64,000 nucleotides of DNA from Gammaproteobacteria bacterium (GTDB lineage Bacteria; Pseudomonadota; Gammaproteobacteria; Eutrophobiales; Eutrophobiaceae). The DNA lies in NCBI GenBank assembly GCA_965243205.1, contig CBDEUK010000002.1, forward strand, positions 2,112,001 through 2,176,000, given 5' to 3'. The notes beneath the pieces were generated by a model. It was not told where the DNA came from and did not search any database. It saw only the letters and a program-made list of their open reading frames with translations. The translations under genes and the position numbers were made by a program. Shown here piece by piece: positions 39,468 to 49,348 of this stretch (position 1 is the stretch's first letter; each line of letters opens with the position of its first letter).

Positions 39468-40865
39468 ATAATGCTTTGCGATTACGTGGGCAATACAACA
39501 CGTTAATTTTTTAGCCATAGGAATATGCAAAAACTCATTCGGGCCATGCGCATTTGAACCTGGTCCGAGTACTCCAGTAATCACAAACTGTGCTTCAGGA
39601 TATTTCTCTCCTAACATACCCATAAATGGTATCGACCAACCTTCGCCCATAAATACTGCTGGTTTTTCAAAGTAAAAATTAGAAGCTTCTTGTAAGCATT
39701 GTTCTAACCAAGGTTCTACTTCAGGTGCCATCCAACCTGAAGCTGCCCAGTCTGGTTTGAATTCAATATGTGCTCCGTAAGGTGGTTTGGCCTCAAGTAA
39801 ATTTTTTAACTCTAAAGAAGCTTTTTCACCATCACATGTAGGTGGTAAACGCATTGAAAGTTTGATGGATGTTTGAGGTCTTAAAACATTTCCTGCGGAT
39901 TGAATTTCAGGAACACCGTCTATACCTATATATGATAAAGCTGGCCGCCAACTACGATTTAAAATTAATTCTGCAACGTTATCATCCATGGCTTGAGTTG
40001 AAGCAGTAAAAGGGAAGCGATTAAATAAATCTTCTCCAATGTTCTTAGCTGCTTGTTCAGCTTGCTCAACACGTGACTGAGGAATCTCGACATGGAATTC
40101 ATTAGCAATAATTTCACCTGAAGTTGCATCTTCTAAGCGATCTAATAATTGTCGAATGATGCGAAAGCTTGAAGGCACAATACCACTGGCATCGCCAGAA
40201 TGAACACCTTCATCTAATACCTGAACAGATAGTTCGCCACCAATCAATCCGCGTAAAGACGATGTCATCCATAATTGTTCATAGTTGCCACAGCCTGAAT
40301 CTAAACAAATCACTAATGAAGGCTTACCAATTTTTTCTGCGAGATGATCAATATAAAACGGTAAGTCATAACTACCACTTTCTTCACAGGCTTCGATAAT
40401 AATGACACATCGAGCATGAGGTATATTCTGTTGTTGTAAGGCTTGGATGGCTGTAATTGAAGAGAAGAAGGCATAGCCATCATCGGCTCCTCCACGACCA
40501 TATAACTTATCGTTTTCTAGTTTAGGCTTAAAAGGTGCTAAGTCATCGCGCCAACCAGTCATCTCTGGTTGTTTATCCAAATGACCATATAACAAAACAG
40601 TGTCATTAATTTGACCATCAATTTCGATATAGATTAATGGCGTACGGTTTTCTAATCGAACCACTTGATGCGTTAAGTTATTAATCTTTTTTTGTTGTAA
40701 CCATGTACAAAATTGTTCAACGGCTTCTTCCATATAACCATGACTCTGCCAGTCAACATCAAATGCTGGGGATTTATTCGGAATTTTGATGTATTCGGTC
40801 AATTCATGAACGATAGATTCATCCCATTGTCTATTAATAAAGTTTTCGATTTGTTGTTGATTCAT
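39447..40865 (-). CDS. M20 family metallopeptidase (Dug1/CNDP-like)
   Basis: YGHLDKQP, YGRGGADDG, EESGS, VHSG, NAHGPNE; 3' end overlaps matrixin 3' end by 21 nt. Confidence 0.9.
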   Translation of the reverse strand: MNQQQIENFINRQWDESIVHELTEYIKIPNKSPAFDVDWQSHGYMEEAVEQFCTWLQQKKINNLTHQVVRLENRTPLIYIEIDGQINDTVLLYGHLDKQPEMTGWRDDLAPFKPKLENDKLYGRGGADDGYAFFSSITAIQALQQQNIPHARCVIIIEACEESGSYDLPFYIDHLAEKIGKPSLVICLDSGCGNYEQLWMTSSLRGLIGGELSVQVLDEGVHSGDASGIVPSSFRIIRQLLDRLEDATSGEIIANEFHVEIPQSRVEQAEQAAKNIGEDLFNRFPFTASTQAMDDNVAELILNRSWRPALSYIGIDGVPEIQSAGNVLRPQTSIKLSMRLPPTCDGEKASLELKNLLEAKPPYGAHIEFKPDWAASGWMAPEVEPWLEQCLQEASNFYFEKPAVFMGEGWSIPFMGMLGEKYPEAQFVITGVLGPGSNAHGPNEFLHIPMAKKLTCCIAHVIAKHYSNFTMS

Positions 40866-40971
40866 AGTTTTTTGTATTGAACAAGAAAATTAGTTGCTAT
40901 TGTGGCACAATTATAATGCTTAAATCATAAACCAATAACCGATTCGTTGAAGGGGAGTCGAGGAGATAACA

Positions 40972-41139
40972 ATGAGCATCAAACTAGTTTTCAAACTATT
41001 AGTGGTATCTGTTTTATCTTTCGTATTATTTGGTTGTAATAAAGATGGAGCCGAAACATCTGGTTCTACAAGTTTAGATGATAGTTCTCATATCGTTGTT
41101 TACCAAGATGAGATCTATAAAAACTGGCCATATCAGTAA
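40972..41139 (+). CDS. Small lipoprotein (55 aa, not in ORF track)
   Basis: GAGGAG SD 6 nt upstream; MSIKLVFKLLVVSVLSFVLFGCNKDGAETSGSTSLDDSSHIVVYQDEIYKNWPYQ*; lipobox LFGC; C-terminal motif repeated in next gene. Confidence 0.85.
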   Translation: MSIKLVFKLLVVSVLSFVLFGCNKDGAETSGSTSLDDSSHIVVYQDEIYKNWPYQ

Positions 41140-41169
41140 TTTTAAAATTTGTTTTATAGGAGTTTTTTC

Positions 41170-42042
41170 ATGTCAGAAGTATTCAATCTAAAAGTACTAT
41201 CTATAAGTATTTTGATATTTGCACTACAAGCATGTAGTAAAGACGAACAAGAAAAGGTGAGTGATAAGTCTAATGAACCTTCTAATGTTGTTAATGTTGA
41301 ATTGAAACCTGAAAAAACTCCTGAGTCTGAAAAAGTTGAAACACCTCAAGAGGAAGCTCAATCAACAGTTGATGAGTTAATTCCTGAACCTAAACCTGAA
41401 TTATTTCATGAAGTGGTAACGCAAGAACAGATTTATAAAAACTGGCCTTACCAAGAAGAGATGCGTAATTTACCCACGCAAACATCGGTTGAACCAGAGC
41501 CTGAGACCATTATTGAAAAAGCAACCGAGGCCGTAGAAGAAAAGGCAACGGAAGTAAAAGAAGCTGTCGTTGAAAAAGTATCTGTAGCAACTGGTGCTAG
41601 TAAAGATATGGTTAGTAATGTTGTCGATAAAGTGGTTCCCGCACCTACTCCAGCTGCAACTGGAGGAGCAGAGCATGTTATTAACGCAAAAGGTTTGACC
41701 GCTTTTGATAAACCGATTCTTTATGTTGCACCTGGGGACACGATTCATTTTAAGAAATTAAATGGTGGCCATAACAGTGAGTCAGTTTTCACACCTGAAG
41801 GTGCGGAAGGTTGGAAAGGCGCTATGAATAAAAATATTTCAGTAACACTGACAGTGTCTGGTATGTATGGTTACATTTGCTTACCTCATGCGGGTTTGGG
41901 TATGAACGGCGTTATCGTTGTTGGTGATGCAGGTGATAAAGAAGCGGTTATGGAAAAACTTCGAGGATTGGAACAAACCGATCCTGCACGTAAATTATTA
42001 GGCAAAGTGAATAAAGTAAAACCTGAGAATTACGTAAAATAA
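41170..42042 (+). CDS. Lipoprotein with long acidic tether and C-terminal pseudoazurin/plastocyanin-like type-1 copper domain
   Basis: AGGAG then ATG 41170; lipobox LQAC; PGDTI, GHNSES, YICLPHAGLGMNG give His-Cys-His-Met ligands. Confidence 0.87.
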   Translation: MSEVFNLKVLSISILIFALQACSKDEQEKVSDKSNEPSNVVNVELKPEKTPESEKVETPQEEAQSTVDELIPEPKPELFHEVVTQEQIYKNWPYQEEMRNLPTQTSVEPEPETIIEKATEAVEEKATEVKEAVVEKVSVATGASKDMVSNVVDKVVPAPTPAATGGAEHVINAKGLTAFDKPILYVAPGDTIHFKKLNGGHNSESVFTPEGAEGWKGAMNKNISVTLTVSGMYGYICLPHAGLGMNGVIVVGDAGDKEAVMEKLRGLEQTDPARKLLGKVNKVKPENYVK

Positions 42043-42061
42043 TTTTTAGTAAACATCGAAT

Positions 42062-42090
42062 AAAAAAGCCCGCTATATGTGGGTTTTTTT
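42062..42090. terminator. Bidirectional terminator between cupredoxin gene and ppk2
   Basis: AAAAAAGCCCGC-TATAT-GTGGGTTTTTTT. Confidence 0.8.
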
Positions 42091-42961
42091 ATTTTGACAT
42101 TAAACGTTTTTTATAGCCTTCAAATTTTTCTTTTTCGTCCTTTGAAACTTTTGGATAATGCATATCCATATTTTTCATAGTGTTTAAAATAATCTCAGCC
42201 ACTCGCATACGCATAAAAGGTTTATCGTCTGCAGGTATGGCGTACCAAGGTGCCCAAGGTTTAGAAGTCGTACGTAATGTCTCTTCATAAGCATGCATAT
42301 AATCATCCCATAATTTACGTTCATCCAAATCACCTTCATTAAATTTCCAATGTTTTTCAGGTTCTTCTAAACGACTTAAGAAGCGTTGTTTTTGTTCTTC
42401 TTTAGAAACGTTGAGCCAGAACTTGATAATCACAGTTCCGTTTTGTGCAAGATGTTTTTCAAACTGATTTATAGACTCAAATCGATCTTGCCAAATAGTC
42501 TCACGATTTATTTCTGCTGGAAGTCGTTGGTAATTTAAGTACTCTGGATGAACACGAACGACTAAGACTTCCTCGTAATAACTACGGTTAAATACGCCAA
42601 TGCGACCTCGTTCAGGTAATGCTTTGGTGGTACGCCATAAAAAGTCGTGATCTAATTCCTCAGCACTGGGTTTTTTGAAACTATGAACCTGACAGCCGGC
42701 TGGGTTTAAACCACGGGTGACGGCACGAATAGTACTGTCTTTACCAGCTGCATCCATCGCTTGAAAGACCAATAAAATAGCGTGATGGTCATGCGCATAC
42801 ATAATTCGTTGATAATCATCCATTTCATCGATGTATTTATTCAAACGTTTTTTACACTCTTTACGATCAGGGGCTGCATCAGGCGGAGCTGTAGGGGAAG
42901 ATTCGAGGCTGAAATTGCCTTTGAAAGAAACCAAGTAAGGGCTTTCAACAGAGTACTTCAT
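42089..42961 (-). CDS. ppk2: Polyphosphate kinase 2 family protein (class III-like)
   Basis: FQAMDAAGKD, FKKPSAEELDHDFLWR, FNRSYYEEVLVVRVH, APWYAIPADDK. Confidence 0.9.
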   Translation of the reverse strand: MKYSVESPYLVSFKGNFSLESSPTAPPDAAPDRKECKKRLNKYIDEMDDYQRIMYAHDHHAILLVFQAMDAAGKDSTIRAVTRGLNPAGCQVHSFKKPSAEELDHDFLWRTTKALPERGRIGVFNRSYYEEVLVVRVHPEYLNYQRLPAEINRETIWQDRFESINQFEKHLAQNGTVIIKFWLNVSKEEQKQRFLSRLEEPEKHWKFNEGDLDERKLWDDYMHAYEETLRTTSKPWAPWYAIPADDKPFMRMRVAEIILNTMKNMDMHYPKVSKDEKEKFEGYKKRLMSK

Positions 42962-43108
42962 TATAATTTCTCAGTAATGATAACTTTTCCTGTTTGCGGC
43001 ATTAGAGAACTATTCTTTAACACTATACAGTAACTAACTATCACCTTTAAAGTCTTAAAGTATTACACTGCTATCGGTTACACTTAGAAAAAATATCTAG
43101 GAGATTTT

Positions 43109-43642
43109 ATGACCATTCGAAGTTTTGATGGCAATATACCAAAAATTGCTGAAACTGCTTATATAGATGAGACAGCATTGGTGATTGGTAATGTTAACAT
43201 TGGTGAGCATAGTTCTATATGGCCCATGACAGTCGTACGTGGTGATGTTCATTCTATTCAAATTGGTAAATATACAAATATTCAAGATACATCGATCTTA
43301 CATGTGACACACGATGGTGAATTTTCTCCTGGGGGCTACCCACTAACGATAGGTGATTATGTGACTGCAGGTCATAGAGTCACTCTACACGCCTGTACTG
43401 TTGGTGATTATTGTTTGATCGGTATGTCTGCAACGATAATGGATGGTGCAGTAATAGGCGATAAAACCATCATTGGGGCAGGCAGTTTAGTGCCAACTGG
43501 AAAAAAATTAGAGGGCGGTTATTTATATGTCGGTTCACCGATAAAGAGAGTACGGGAACTGAATGAAAAAGAACTGGCCTTTTTGGAATATTCAGCCACG
43601 CATTACGCGAAGTTGAAAGATAGACATAAAACCATCGATTGA
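43109..43642 (+). CDS. yrdA: Gamma carbonic anhydrase family protein (YrdA-like)
   Basis: VRGDV, TNIQD..LH, GH..TLH.C hexapeptide repeats, SATHY. Confidence 0.88.
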   Translation: MTIRSFDGNIPKIAETAYIDETALVIGNVNIGEHSSIWPMTVVRGDVHSIQIGKYTNIQDTSILHVTHDGEFSPGGYPLTIGDYVTAGHRVTLHACTVGDYCLIGMSATIMDGAVIGDKTIIGAGSLVPTGKKLEGGYLYVGSPIKRVRELNEKELAFLEYSATHYAKLKDRHKTID

Positions 43643-43655
43643 ATGATTATTAATT

Positions 43656-44159
43656 ATGAAGTTAACACGAAGAATGTTATTAATCGCGACCTCAGTCAGT
43701 GCTATTTCGGTCGCGACCTACCGTTTGTTTAGCGCAAGTAAACCTGAAAGTTTATTAACGACTGTCTTACCCGAGTTTTTAGATACTTTAATTCCTAGTG
43801 ATCAAACCCCATCGGCTTCACAGCTGAACGTAGATGAAGATATGATTGACTATCTTCAAGAAAAGTTACGATATAAAAATATTGTGATGTTTGGATGTGC
43901 ATGGCTTAACAAACAAGCCAATGAAATTTTTTCTGAGGACTTTTTGAATTTAGATACACAACAAAAAATACAAATTGTTGAGAAATTAGAATCCACGAAA
44001 CAAAACCAAACAGCACAGTTTTTCTTTCATCATATAAAAGACAAAGCATTTGAGTTTTACTATTCCAAACCACAAAGTTGGATCGGTCTTGAGTTTCATC
44101 AACCACCACAGCCTCTTGGATACAATGATTACAATCAAAGGACCATTCACACTTCATGA
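43656..44159 (+). CDS. Gluconate 2-dehydrogenase subunit 3-like (Tat hitch-hiker) small subunit
   Basis: Tat-like LTRRMLL, DTLIP..TPSA, FYYS...PQPLGY; overlaps the GMC gene. Confidence 0.8.
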   Translation: MKLTRRMLLIATSVSAISVATYRLFSASKPESLLTTVLPEFLDTLIPSDQTPSASQLNVDEDMIDYLQEKLRYKNIVMFGCAWLNKQANEIFSEDFLNLDTQQKIQIVEKLESTKQNQTAQFFFHHIKDKAFEFYYSKPQSWIGLEFHQPPQPLGYNDYNQRTIHTS

Positions 44160-45826
44160 GTGATGAATACGATGTTGTTATTATAGGTTCTGGTGCGGGT
44201 GGCGGTGCTTGTGCCTGGACATTGAGCAAACAGGGTGTGAATGTTTGTTTATTAGAAGCAGGTCCCGCATATGACTATCAAAAAGATTATCGTCTAGAAC
44301 ATAATGACTGGGAAGTATATGGTTTTCCAGAAAAACAAAGCTCATCTAATCGACAAACATTTGGTGAATTTCAGTCATTAGATCGTAAATGGTCTGATTT
44401 ATTTTCATGGAATCATGAAACAGGCCGGTTGAATAAAACCGATAAACGAATAGTTTTCGCATATCATCATGTTCGAGGTGTTGGAGGTTCAACCTTGCAT
44501 TTTAGTGGAGAGGCTCATCGCATGAATCCTGAGTCGATGAATCTCAAAACCAAATTTGATGTTGCGGCTGATTGGCCCGTGAGTTATGCGGAACTCGAAC
44601 CTTATTATCAACTGGCTGAAAAAATCATTGGCGTTGCTGGCGGTGTAGATAATCGTTGTTGGCGTTCTGAGCCATATCCTTTGCCAGAGCATGAGTGGAA
44701 TTATCACAGTCATTTATTGAAATCAGGTTTTGCAGAAAATGGTATGAATTTACAGAGTAATTCATTAGCTATTTTATCTAAGCCATACAACGATAGACCA
44801 GCATGTAATCACTGTAATAATTGTACTAAAGGTTGTCCTCGAGCGGATAAAGGCAGTGTTGATGTCACTTTTATTCGACAAGCCAGGGCCTTTGATAACT
44901 TTACTCTAAAGGTAGAAGCCACAGTAACTCAAATTAAAAGTACTGAGAATGACAAGGTAACGGCAGTTACTTATTTTGATAGCAATGGCAACGAACAATC
45001 ATTGACGGCACGAGTGATAGTAGCTGCATGTGGAGCAGTTGAAACTCCTAGGTTATTACTCAACTCTGAAAGTAATCATGCCAAGCAGGGTTTGTCCAAT
45101 GACTCAGGGCAACTAGGAAAGAATTTTATGGAAACAGTCTTTTGGCATACCAATGCGTTACATGAAGAACCATTGGGTAGTCATCGTGGTATTCCATCCG
45201 ATGTGGTGTGTTGGGACTTTAATAACCCAGATTCTATTGAAGGTGTTATAGGCGGTTGTCGATTCAGTTCTGGTGTGGGGGAAACCGATTTAGTTGGTCC
45301 TGTGAATTATGCTAAGCGTGTTGTAAATGGTTGGGGGCTAAAACATAAACAAACTATGCGTGAACAATTTGGCAAAGTTATTTCCATAGGTGCTGTTGGA
45401 GAAAGTTTGCCGCATGCGAAAAGTTTTATTGATCTAGATCCCAATGAAAAAGATCAATTTGGTTTAGCAAAAGCAAGAATTCACAGTTTTGTTGATGAAA
45501 TGCAATTAAATCGTCTATCTTTTATGAAGCAGCGTTGCCGTGATGTTGTAAAAGCCAGTGGCGCTGAGACTATTTTTGAAGAGTATGGTAACTATGATTA
45601 CTTCAGCGCAACTCATGTTTTTGGGACTTGTCGTATGGGTAATGATGCTGAAGATTCAGTAGTTGATCGATTTGGCCAAAGTCATCGATTCAAAAATTTG
45701 TTTATTGCCGATGCCAGTGTGTTCCCTAGTTCAGGCGGTGGGGAAGCACCTTCCCTTACGATTGAAGCTCTGGCTCTTAGGACAGGCGATAGAATTGTGG
45801 ATTTATTGCAGAAAAAACAGCTATAG
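44156..45826 (+). CDS. GMC family flavoprotein oxidoreductase large subunit
   Basis: GSGAGG FAD motif, GVGGSTLHF, CNHCNNCTKGCP, HVFGTCRMG, DASVFP. Confidence 0.92.
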   Translation: MSDEYDVVIIGSGAGGGACAWTLSKQGVNVCLLEAGPAYDYQKDYRLEHNDWEVYGFPEKQSSSNRQTFGEFQSLDRKWSDLFSWNHETGRLNKTDKRIVFAYHHVRGVGGSTLHFSGEAHRMNPESMNLKTKFDVAADWPVSYAELEPYYQLAEKIIGVAGGVDNRCWRSEPYPLPEHEWNYHSHLLKSGFAENGMNLQSNSLAILSKPYNDRPACNHCNNCTKGCPRADKGSVDVTFIRQARAFDNFTLKVEATVTQIKSTENDKVTAVTYFDSNGNEQSLTARVIVAACGAVETPRLLLNSESNHAKQGLSNDSGQLGKNFMETVFWHTNALHEEPLGSHRGIPSDVVCWDFNNPDSIEGVIGGCRFSSGVGETDLVGPVNYAKRVVNGWGLKHKQTMREQFGKVISIGAVGESLPHAKSFIDLDPNEKDQFGLAKARIHSFVDEMQLNRLSFMKQRCRDVVKASGAETIFEEYGNYDYFSATHVFGTCRMGNDAEDSVVDRFGQSHRFKNLFIADASVFPSSGGGEAPSLTIEALALRTGDRIVDLLQKKQL

Positions 45827-45901
45827 AATTCGATTTTAGGGTTCGTTTTCGTTACTATTGCCCGCCATTTTTATGGGCTAACAGTTAATTTTCGAGATTT
45901 T

Positions 45902-47794
45902 ATGAACCAGTACCCTGAACAGTTTGATGTGATTGTTATCGGCGGTGGCCATGCCGGAACCGAGGCTGCGCTGGCGTCTGCTCGTATGGGTTCAAAAACC
46001 TTACTATTGACGCAAAATATCGATACATTAGGACAAATGTCCTGTAATCCGGCGATTGGTGGTATTGGCAAAGGTCACTTAGTTAAAGAAATCGATGCAA
46101 TGGGCGGCATCATGGCGTTAGCAGCGGATTATTGCGGTATTCAATTTCGCCGGCTCAATGCGAGCAAAGGCCCAGCGGTTCGAGCGACGCGTGCTCAGAT
46201 CGATCGCAGTTTATATCGTCAATTTATTCGTAATTATCTCGAAGCCCAAGGTAATCTCAGTATCTTCCAGCAATCGGTAGAAGACTTAATCGTTGAGGGT
46301 GAACAAGTCGTTGGCGCGACTACTCAAATGGGTTTGCAGTTTTATGCTAAAAGTATCGTGCTAACAGTAGGTACGTTTTTAGGCGGTAAAATTCATATTG
46401 GTGAATCTAATTACCAAGGTGGGCGCGCAGGAGATGCACCATCAAATGCTTTGGCTCAACGTTTACGCGAATTGCCATTCAGAGTAGAGCGCTTAAAAAC
46501 AGGTACTCCTCCGCGTATCGATAGCAAAACAATTAATTTTGATGACTTACAAGCTCAGCCTGGAGATGAGCCTGTGCCGGTTTTTTCTTTTATGGGAAAG
46601 ACCGAATATCATCCGCAACAAGTACCTTGTTACATAACACACACGAATCAGAAAACGCACGATATTATTCAAGCCGCTTTAGATCGATCACCAATGTTTA
46701 ATGGCAGCATTGAAAGTGTAGGGCCACGTTATTGTCCTTCAGTCGAAGATAAAGTAGTGCGTTTTGCGGAAAAAACCTCACATCAAATCTTTATTGAGCC
46801 TGAAGGCTTAACGACTAAGGAGATATATCCGAATGGTATCTCAACCAGTTTACCGTTCGATGTACAGTTTGACCTAGTTCGCTCCATTGAAGGTTTTGAA
46901 AATGCCCATATCACTCGTCCTGGCTATGCTATCGAATACGATTTTTTTGACCCCAGAGATTTACATCCTTGGTTAGAGACGAAGCATTTAAAGGGCTTAT
47001 TCTTCGCTGGGCAAATTAATGGTACAACAGGTTATGAAGAGGCTGGTGCACAAGGTTTATTAGCTGGAATCAACGCCGCTCGATTAGCGAATGATGAATC
47101 TACTTGGTATCCACGTCGTGATGAGGCCTATTTAGGAGTGATGGTGGATGATCTCATTACAAAAGGTACGATGGAACCGTATCGTATGTTTACAAGTCGT
47201 GCCGAGTACCGTCTCATTTTACGTGAAGATAATGCTGACTTACGATTAACTGAAGTTGCACATGAGTTCGGTTTGGTTTCGGATGAACAATGGCGACGCT
47301 TTAGTGAAAAGCAAGATGCTATTCAGGCTGAACAAAAACGCTTGGAAACGACTTGGATTTCGCCAGAAAAAACTGATGATGAATTATGTCAGGCTGTATT
47401 AGGCCAATCCTTGAAACACGAAGCGAATTTGATGCAGCTATTGAAACGCCCTGAAATCAATTATTCAGATGTCATAAAATTTATCGAACAAAATAGCGAA
47501 ATTGATCCATTGGTTGCGGAACAGGTTGAGATTCAAGCCAAATACAGTGGATATATTGATCGCCAACATGAAGAAATTGCTCGTAATCGGTCGCAAGAAG
47601 AAACGCCTATGCCTGCAGATTTTGATTATTTAAAAGTCAAAGGTTTATCCGCTGAAGCTGTGCAAAAACTGAATCAGCATCAGCCTGAGAATCTTGGAAT
47701 GGCTTCAAGAATTCCAGGTATTACGCCGGCAGCAATTTCAATTTTACGAATTTATTTAAAAAAATATTATTCCAGTTTGAAACAAAGTGCTTGA
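45902..47794 (+). CDS. mnmG: tRNA uridine-5-carboxymethylaminomethyl(34) synthesis enzyme MnmG (GidA)
   Basis: [51 protein letters not shown]. Confidence 0.97.
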   Translation: MNQYPEQFDVIVIGGGHAGTEAALASARMGSKTLLLTQNIDTLGQMSCNPAIGGIGKGHLVKEIDAMGGIMALAADYCGIQFRRLNASKGPAVRATRAQIDRSLYRQFIRNYLEAQGNLSIFQQSVEDLIVEGEQVVGATTQMGLQFYAKSIVLTVGTFLGGKIHIGESNYQGGRAGDAPSNALAQRLRELPFRVERLKTGTPPRIDSKTINFDDLQAQPGDEPVPVFSFMGKTEYHPQQVPCYITHTNQKTHDIIQAALDRSPMFNGSIESVGPRYCPSVEDKVVRFAEKTSHQIFIEPEGLTTKEIYPNGISTSLPFDVQFDLVRSIEGFENAHITRPGYAIEYDFFDPRDLHPWLETKHLKGLFFAGQINGTTGYEEAGAQGLLAGINAARLANDESTWYPRRDEAYLGVMVDDLITKGTMEPYRMFTSRAEYRLILREDNADLRLTEVAHEFGLVSDEQWRRFSEKQDAIQAEQKRLETTWISPEKTDDELCQAVLGQSLKHEANLMQLLKRPEINYSDVIKFIEQNSEIDPLVAEQVEIQAKYSGYIDRQHEEIARNRSQEETPMPADFDYLKVKGLSAEAVQKLNQHQPENLGMASRIPGITPAAISILRIYLKKYYSSLKQSA

Positions 47795-48425
47795 TAAAAC
47801 CTTGGATCTCACTCATCTAGAACAGCCTTTCCATTTGGCACTAGAAGCCTTCGATTTTCGTGTCGTTGGTGGGTTTGCGCCGTATCGCCATTATTTGGAG
47901 CTACTTACAAAATGGAACAAGGCCTATAACTTAACAGCGATTAGAGAGCCAAAAGCCATGCTAACCAACCATATTTTGGACAGCTTGGCCGTGTCGCCTT
48001 ATATCAAAGGAGATAATTGCTTAGATGTTGGTACAGGGGCAGGTTTACCAGGTTTGATTCTAGCAATGGCCAATCCAGGCCAGTTTTGGACCTTGCTGGA
48101 CAGCAATATCAAAAAAACTCGCTTTGTGAACCAAGTGATCATGGAGCTTGGATTAAAGAATGTCACTGTAGTGCATGATCGCGTTGAAGAATTCGACGAT
48201 CAGCAAGCATATGATGCTGTTATTTGTCGTGCTTATACTTCTTTAGCCGCTTACTATCAGGGATGCCATAAGTTTATAAAAGAGGATGGTCAGCTATTCG
48301 CAATGAAAGCAAGCTTGCCCAAGGAAGAGATTGTTGGCTTGAAAGAATATACTAATAACATTGAATATTATCCGATCCACGTACCCGGTTTGGATGCTGA
48401 GCGCGGACTGGTCAGTTTTTACTAG
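47787..48425 (+). CDS. rsmG: 16S rRNA m7G527 methyltransferase RsmG (GidB)
   Basis: [28 protein letters not shown]. Confidence 0.95.
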   Translation: MLDKTLDLTHLEQPFHLALEAFDFRVVGGFAPYRHYLELLTKWNKAYNLTAIREPKAMLTNHILDSLAVSPYIKGDNCLDVGTGAGLPGLILAMANPGQFWTLLDSNIKKTRFVNQVIMELGLKNVTVVHDRVEEFDDQQAYDAVICRAYTSLAAYYQGCHKFIKEDGQLFAMKASLPKEEIVGLKEYTNNIEYYPIHVPGLDAERGLVSFY

Positions 48426-48565
48426 GCATAATCAAAAAACGTTATTCCGATCCGCCAAGAAAGCGTTATTATAGAAACATAATCAAAAGTGTAATTTTTC
48501 GCTAGTTTCATCAAGCGCAATTACTATCATTACAATAATAATATGATGAAGGATTAGTAACTCTC

Positions 48566-49339
48566 ATGAGCAAGACCATGGCCATTGTGAATCAGAAAGG
48601 TGGGGTTGGTAAAACCACTACCAGCGTGAATCTGGCCGCCTCATTAGCCGCGACCAAACGTAAAGTACTGTTGATAGACATCGATCCGCAGGGCAATGCA
48701 ACGATGGGCAGTGGTGTTGATAAGATGCAATTGGATAGAAGCACTTATGATGTGTTGATGGATGGTATGCCAATCCAGGATGCTTTGGTCAATCTTGAAG
48801 GGATGGGATTTGATATCTTACCCAGCAATGCTGATCTTACTGGTGCTGAAGTTGGACTGATTGATGAAATGGCGCGTGAGATTCGATTACGCAAAGCACT
48901 TGAGCCGATTAAGGATGATTATCAATATATTTTCATAGATTGTCCGCCTTCATTAAGCATGTTAACAGTGAACGCATTAGTCGCTGCGGATTCTGTGATT
49001 ATTCCAATGCAATGTGAGTATTATGCTCTAGAAGGTTTAACCGCTCTCATTGATACCATTGATAAGATTCAACAATTGCTTAACCCTAATTTGAAAATCG
49101 AAGGACTTCTTCGAACGATGTATGACCCTAGAAATAACCTAGCCAGCCAAGTTTCAGATCAGTTACTCGAACATTTTGGTGATAAGGTTTATAGGACAGT
49201 CATTCCGCGTAATGTACGTTTGGCTGAAGCACCGAGTTATGGTTTGTCGGTATTGAAGTACGATAAAACGTCGCGTGGCGCACTAGCATATTTAGCCTTA
49301 GCTGGTGAAATGCTTCGCCGTGAAGGCATAGCGGCGTAG
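48566..49339 (+). CDS. parA: Chromosome partitioning ATPase ParA (Soj)
   Basis: NQKGGVGKTTT, DIDPQGNAT, IDCPPSL, QCEYYALEGL, IPRNVRLAEAPS. Confidence 0.95.
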   Translation: MSKTMAIVNQKGGVGKTTTSVNLAASLAATKRKVLLIDIDPQGNATMGSGVDKMQLDRSTYDVLMDGMPIQDALVNLEGMGFDILPSNADLTGAEVGLIDEMAREIRLRKALEPIKDDYQYIFIDCPPSLSMLTVNALVAADSVIIPMQCEYYALEGLTALIDTIDKIQQLLNPNLKIEGLLRTMYDPRNNLASQVSDQLLEHFGDKVYRTVIPRNVRLAEAPSYGLSVLKYDKTSRGALAYLALAGEMLRREGIAA

Positions 49340-49348
49340 AGGTTATAT

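Noticed and set aside
31577-43041. 14-mer CAGTAACTAACTAT present in two intergenic regions (31577 and 43028)
   Set aside because: Several 14-bp matches are expected by chance in 64 kb of AT-rich DNA; no flanking similarity or mobile-element context
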